Below are positions 34,499 through 36,392 of a DNA stretch of 36,392 nucleotides, piece by piece. Origin of the DNA: an uncultured Chloroflexia bacterium (GTDB taxonomy: Bacteria; Chloroflexota; Limnocylindria; Limnocylindrales; CSP1-4); the NCBI GenBank assembly GCA_963720755.1, contig CAVRGP010000003.1, forward strand, positions 1 to 36,392. The letters run 5' to 3'. The translations under genes and the position numbers were made by a program. Each line of letters begins with the position of its first letter. Within the stretch, counting starts at the first letter, position 1. Below the pieces are notes generated by a model, which saw only the letters and a list, made by a program, of their open reading frames with translations, was not told the origin of the DNA and did no database searches.

Positions 34499-36160
34499 TC
34501 AGCGACCCTTGCCGCCGAACAGGGTCCCGAATACGCCCCGGATGACGTCCTGGCCGAGTCGCGAGGAGGCGACCTTGCCACCGGTGCGGATCGCGTTGTC
34601 GATGGAGCGCTGGTGTGCCTTCGCCGCATCCGCCTTGGCCTTGGCCTCGACCTTGCGCGCGCGCTCGGCCGCCTTCTGGGCCGCGGCGAGTTCCCGGGCC
34701 TGACGGGCGATCTCGCGCTGCTGCTGGGCCGCGGTCATCGTGTTCATCGCTGTCGCAGTCGTCGGGTCGACGCCGGCCTGCACCGCCGCCTCGGCGGTGG
34801 CCGCTTTCGCCGCCACGAGCCGAGCGGTGATCCGTTCGTACGCACTGTCGCGATCGATCGTCGCACCGTACTTGGCCTGGATCGGACTCATCGCGATCCG
34901 GCCCCGGAACTGGACCTCGTCGATCGGCGACATGAGCGAGTCGGGAGCGAGCAGTCGAGTCGCCGCGAGCGGCGTCGGGATGCCCCGCGGTGACAGGACG
35001 GTCACCAGCGCCTCGCCGGTGCCGAGCGACGTGATCTGCTTCTCCACGTCATAGAACTCGGTCATCGGGAAGGTCCGGGCGGTCTTCCGCAGGGCGTCCG
35101 AATCCTCGGGTGTGAACACGCGCAAGGCGTGCTGGACTCGGTTGCCGAGCTGGGCCAGGACCGGCGACGGCACGTCGGTCGGCGCCTGGGTCACGAAGTA
35201 GATGCCGACACCCTTCGATCGGATGAGCCGGGCCGTGCGCTCGACCTGGTCCATCAGCGCCTCTGATGCGTCGTCGAAGAGGAGGTGAGCTTCGTCGAAG
35301 AAGAAGCACAACTTCGGCTTCGGCAGGTCGCCGGCCTCGGGCAACGACTCGTACAGCTGGGCGAGCAGCCAGAGCATGAACGTCGAGAACAGCCGCGGCT
35401 TGTCCATCACGTCCGACAGCTCGAGGATGCTGACGATCCCCTCCCCTTCGGCGTTCGTCCGCATCAAGTCTTCGACCTCGAATTCGGGTTCACCGAAGAA
35501 GATGTCGGCTCCCTCCTGCTCCAGGACCACGATCGAACGGAGCAGGACCCCGACAGATGAGCTCGACATCCCGCCGTATTCGGCGAGGAACGGCTTGCCC
35601 TCGTCGGAGGCGAGGTACTTGAGGGTCGCGACCAGATCCTTCAGATCCAGGAGCGGCAGGTCGTTGTCATCGCAGTACTTGAAGATGAGGGCCAGGATCG
35701 ACGTCTGGGTGTCGTTGAGGTCGAGCACCTTGCCCAGGAGCAGTGGGCCGAACGAGTGGACCGTCGCCCGAACCTGTGCCCCGAGCTTGCCCGTCAACGA
35801 CAGGAATTCGACGGGATGGCCCGACGCCTCGAACGTCCAGTCGAGCGAATGGACCCGATCCAGCAGCCTGCTGTTGGTCGCGTCGCCTGGCGCAGCCAGA
35901 CCGGTCAGGTCGCCCTTGATATCGGCCACGAAGACCGGGACGCCAGCTTTCGACAGCTGCCCGGCGAGCAACTGGAGGGTCTTGGTCTTGCCCGTCCCGG
36001 TGGCCCCGGCGATCAGCCCATGCCGGTTGAGCATCGACAGCGCGACCTGGACCCGCGCCTCGTTGGCAAGCTCGTCGCCGAGCATCGGGCTGCCGATCAC
36101 CAGACCGGGTTCGGTCAAGTCGTAGCCGGCCTTCATCGCGTCGCGGAACGCCTGATCCAT
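34499..36160 (-). CDS. DUF853/HerA-like P-loop ATPase (YjgR family)
   Basis: NRHGLIAGATGTGKT, DIKGDL, FFDEAHLLF, RLIRSKGVG, QLGNRVQHALR. GGAGGG precedes ATG 36160. Confidence 0.93.
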   Translation of the reverse strand: MDQAFRDAMKAGYDLTEPGLVIGSPMLGDELANEARVQVALSMLNRHGLIAGATGTGKTKTLQLLAGQLSKAGVPVFVADIKGDLTGLAAPGDATNSRLLDRVHSLDWTFEASGHPVEFLSLTGKLGAQVRATVHSFGPLLLGKVLDLNDTQTSILALIFKYCDDNDLPLLDLKDLVATLKYLASDEGKPFLAEYGGMSSSSVGVLLRSIVVLEQEGADIFFGEPEFEVEDLMRTNAEGEGIVSILELSDVMDKPRLFSTFMLWLLAQLYESLPEAGDLPKPKLCFFFDEAHLLFDDASEALMDQVERTARLIRSKGVGIYFVTQAPTDVPSPVLAQLGNRVQHALRVFTPEDSDALRKTARTFPMTEFYDVEKQITSLGTGEALVTVLSPRGIPTPLAATRLLAPDSLMSPIDEVQFRGRIAMSPIQAKYGATIDRDSAYERITARLVAAKAATAEAAVQAGVDPTTATAMNTMTAAQQQREIARQARELAAAQKAAERARKVEAKAKADAAKAHQRSIDNAIRTGGKVASSRLGQDVIRGVFGTLFGGKGR

Positions 36161-36261
36161 CGATCCCTCCTGGGGGTTGCCGGGTGGTCGTGGGACCGGA
36201 GCCAAGCGTATCATCGAGACCGTCACGAACCGCCGCGCATGTCGCGACCAGGAGGTCTCCC

Positions 36262-36392
36262 ATGAACATCGAGGAAGTCGAAGGGATCGGACCGGTCCAT
36301 GCCGAGCAGCTCAGCCTGGCGGGGATCGCCACGACGGACGCGCTGCTCGAACAGGGCGCGAAGCCAGGCGGACGGGCCGCCATCGAGAAGGC
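36262..36392 (+). CDS. DUF4332-like helix-hairpin-helix protein, truncated by the window end
   Basis: GGAGG RBS, then MNIEEVEGIGPVHAEQLSLAGIATTDALLEQGAKPGGRAAIEK (GIG HhH motif). Absent from the ORF track because no stop lies in the window. Confidence 0.8.
   Translation, partial: MNIEEVEGIGPVHAEQLSLAGIATTDALLEQGAKPGGRAAIEK

Overview
High-GC bacterial window; gene content suggests a soil or freshwater Chloroflexota or Actinomycetota genome (inference only). It has four blocks. (1) 358-14906: a surface-glycan/exopolysaccharide locus with a DPM-synthase-like GT2, two GT4s, a second GT2, an NDP-sugar epimerase, a GT-C/polymerase-like membrane protein, a DUF1616-like protein, a Wzx-like flippase and an amidohydrolase. 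It also holds two tandem secreted GH26 mannanase-family paralogues. The first sits directly behind a c-di-GMP-I (GEMM) riboswitch at ~3682-3772 whose P1 stem would cover the ribosome-binding site. (2) 14922-19545 (minus): RraA/HMG-aldolase, DUF1932-type dehydrogenase, two ATP-grasp ligases and a zinc-ribbon membrane protein. (3) 19725-27773: a convergent cassette. The plus arm has an unannotated 32-aa ORF and a fused double alpha/beta-hydrolase lacking catalytic Ser. The minus arm has a carrier protein, an atypical acyl-CoA dehydrogenase, a SerRS-like amino acid:[carrier protein] ligase, DUF1839 and a GH2 beta-mannosidase. (4) 27848-36392: ordinary metabolism (enoyl-CoA hydratase, acyl-CoA ligase, acyl-CoA dehydrogenase, ALDH, PPK2, DUF853, start of DUF4332). 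The best candidate for a new system is carrier-protein-dependent aminoacyl/acyl decoration and c-di-GMP-gated remodelling of a mannose-type surface glycan; this is a hypothesis from gene context. Four apparent +1 insertions (three in the GH26 leader, one in GH2) may be sequencing errors. No tRNA, rRNA, CRISPR array or mobile element was seen. All family calls come from motifs read by eye, not database searches.
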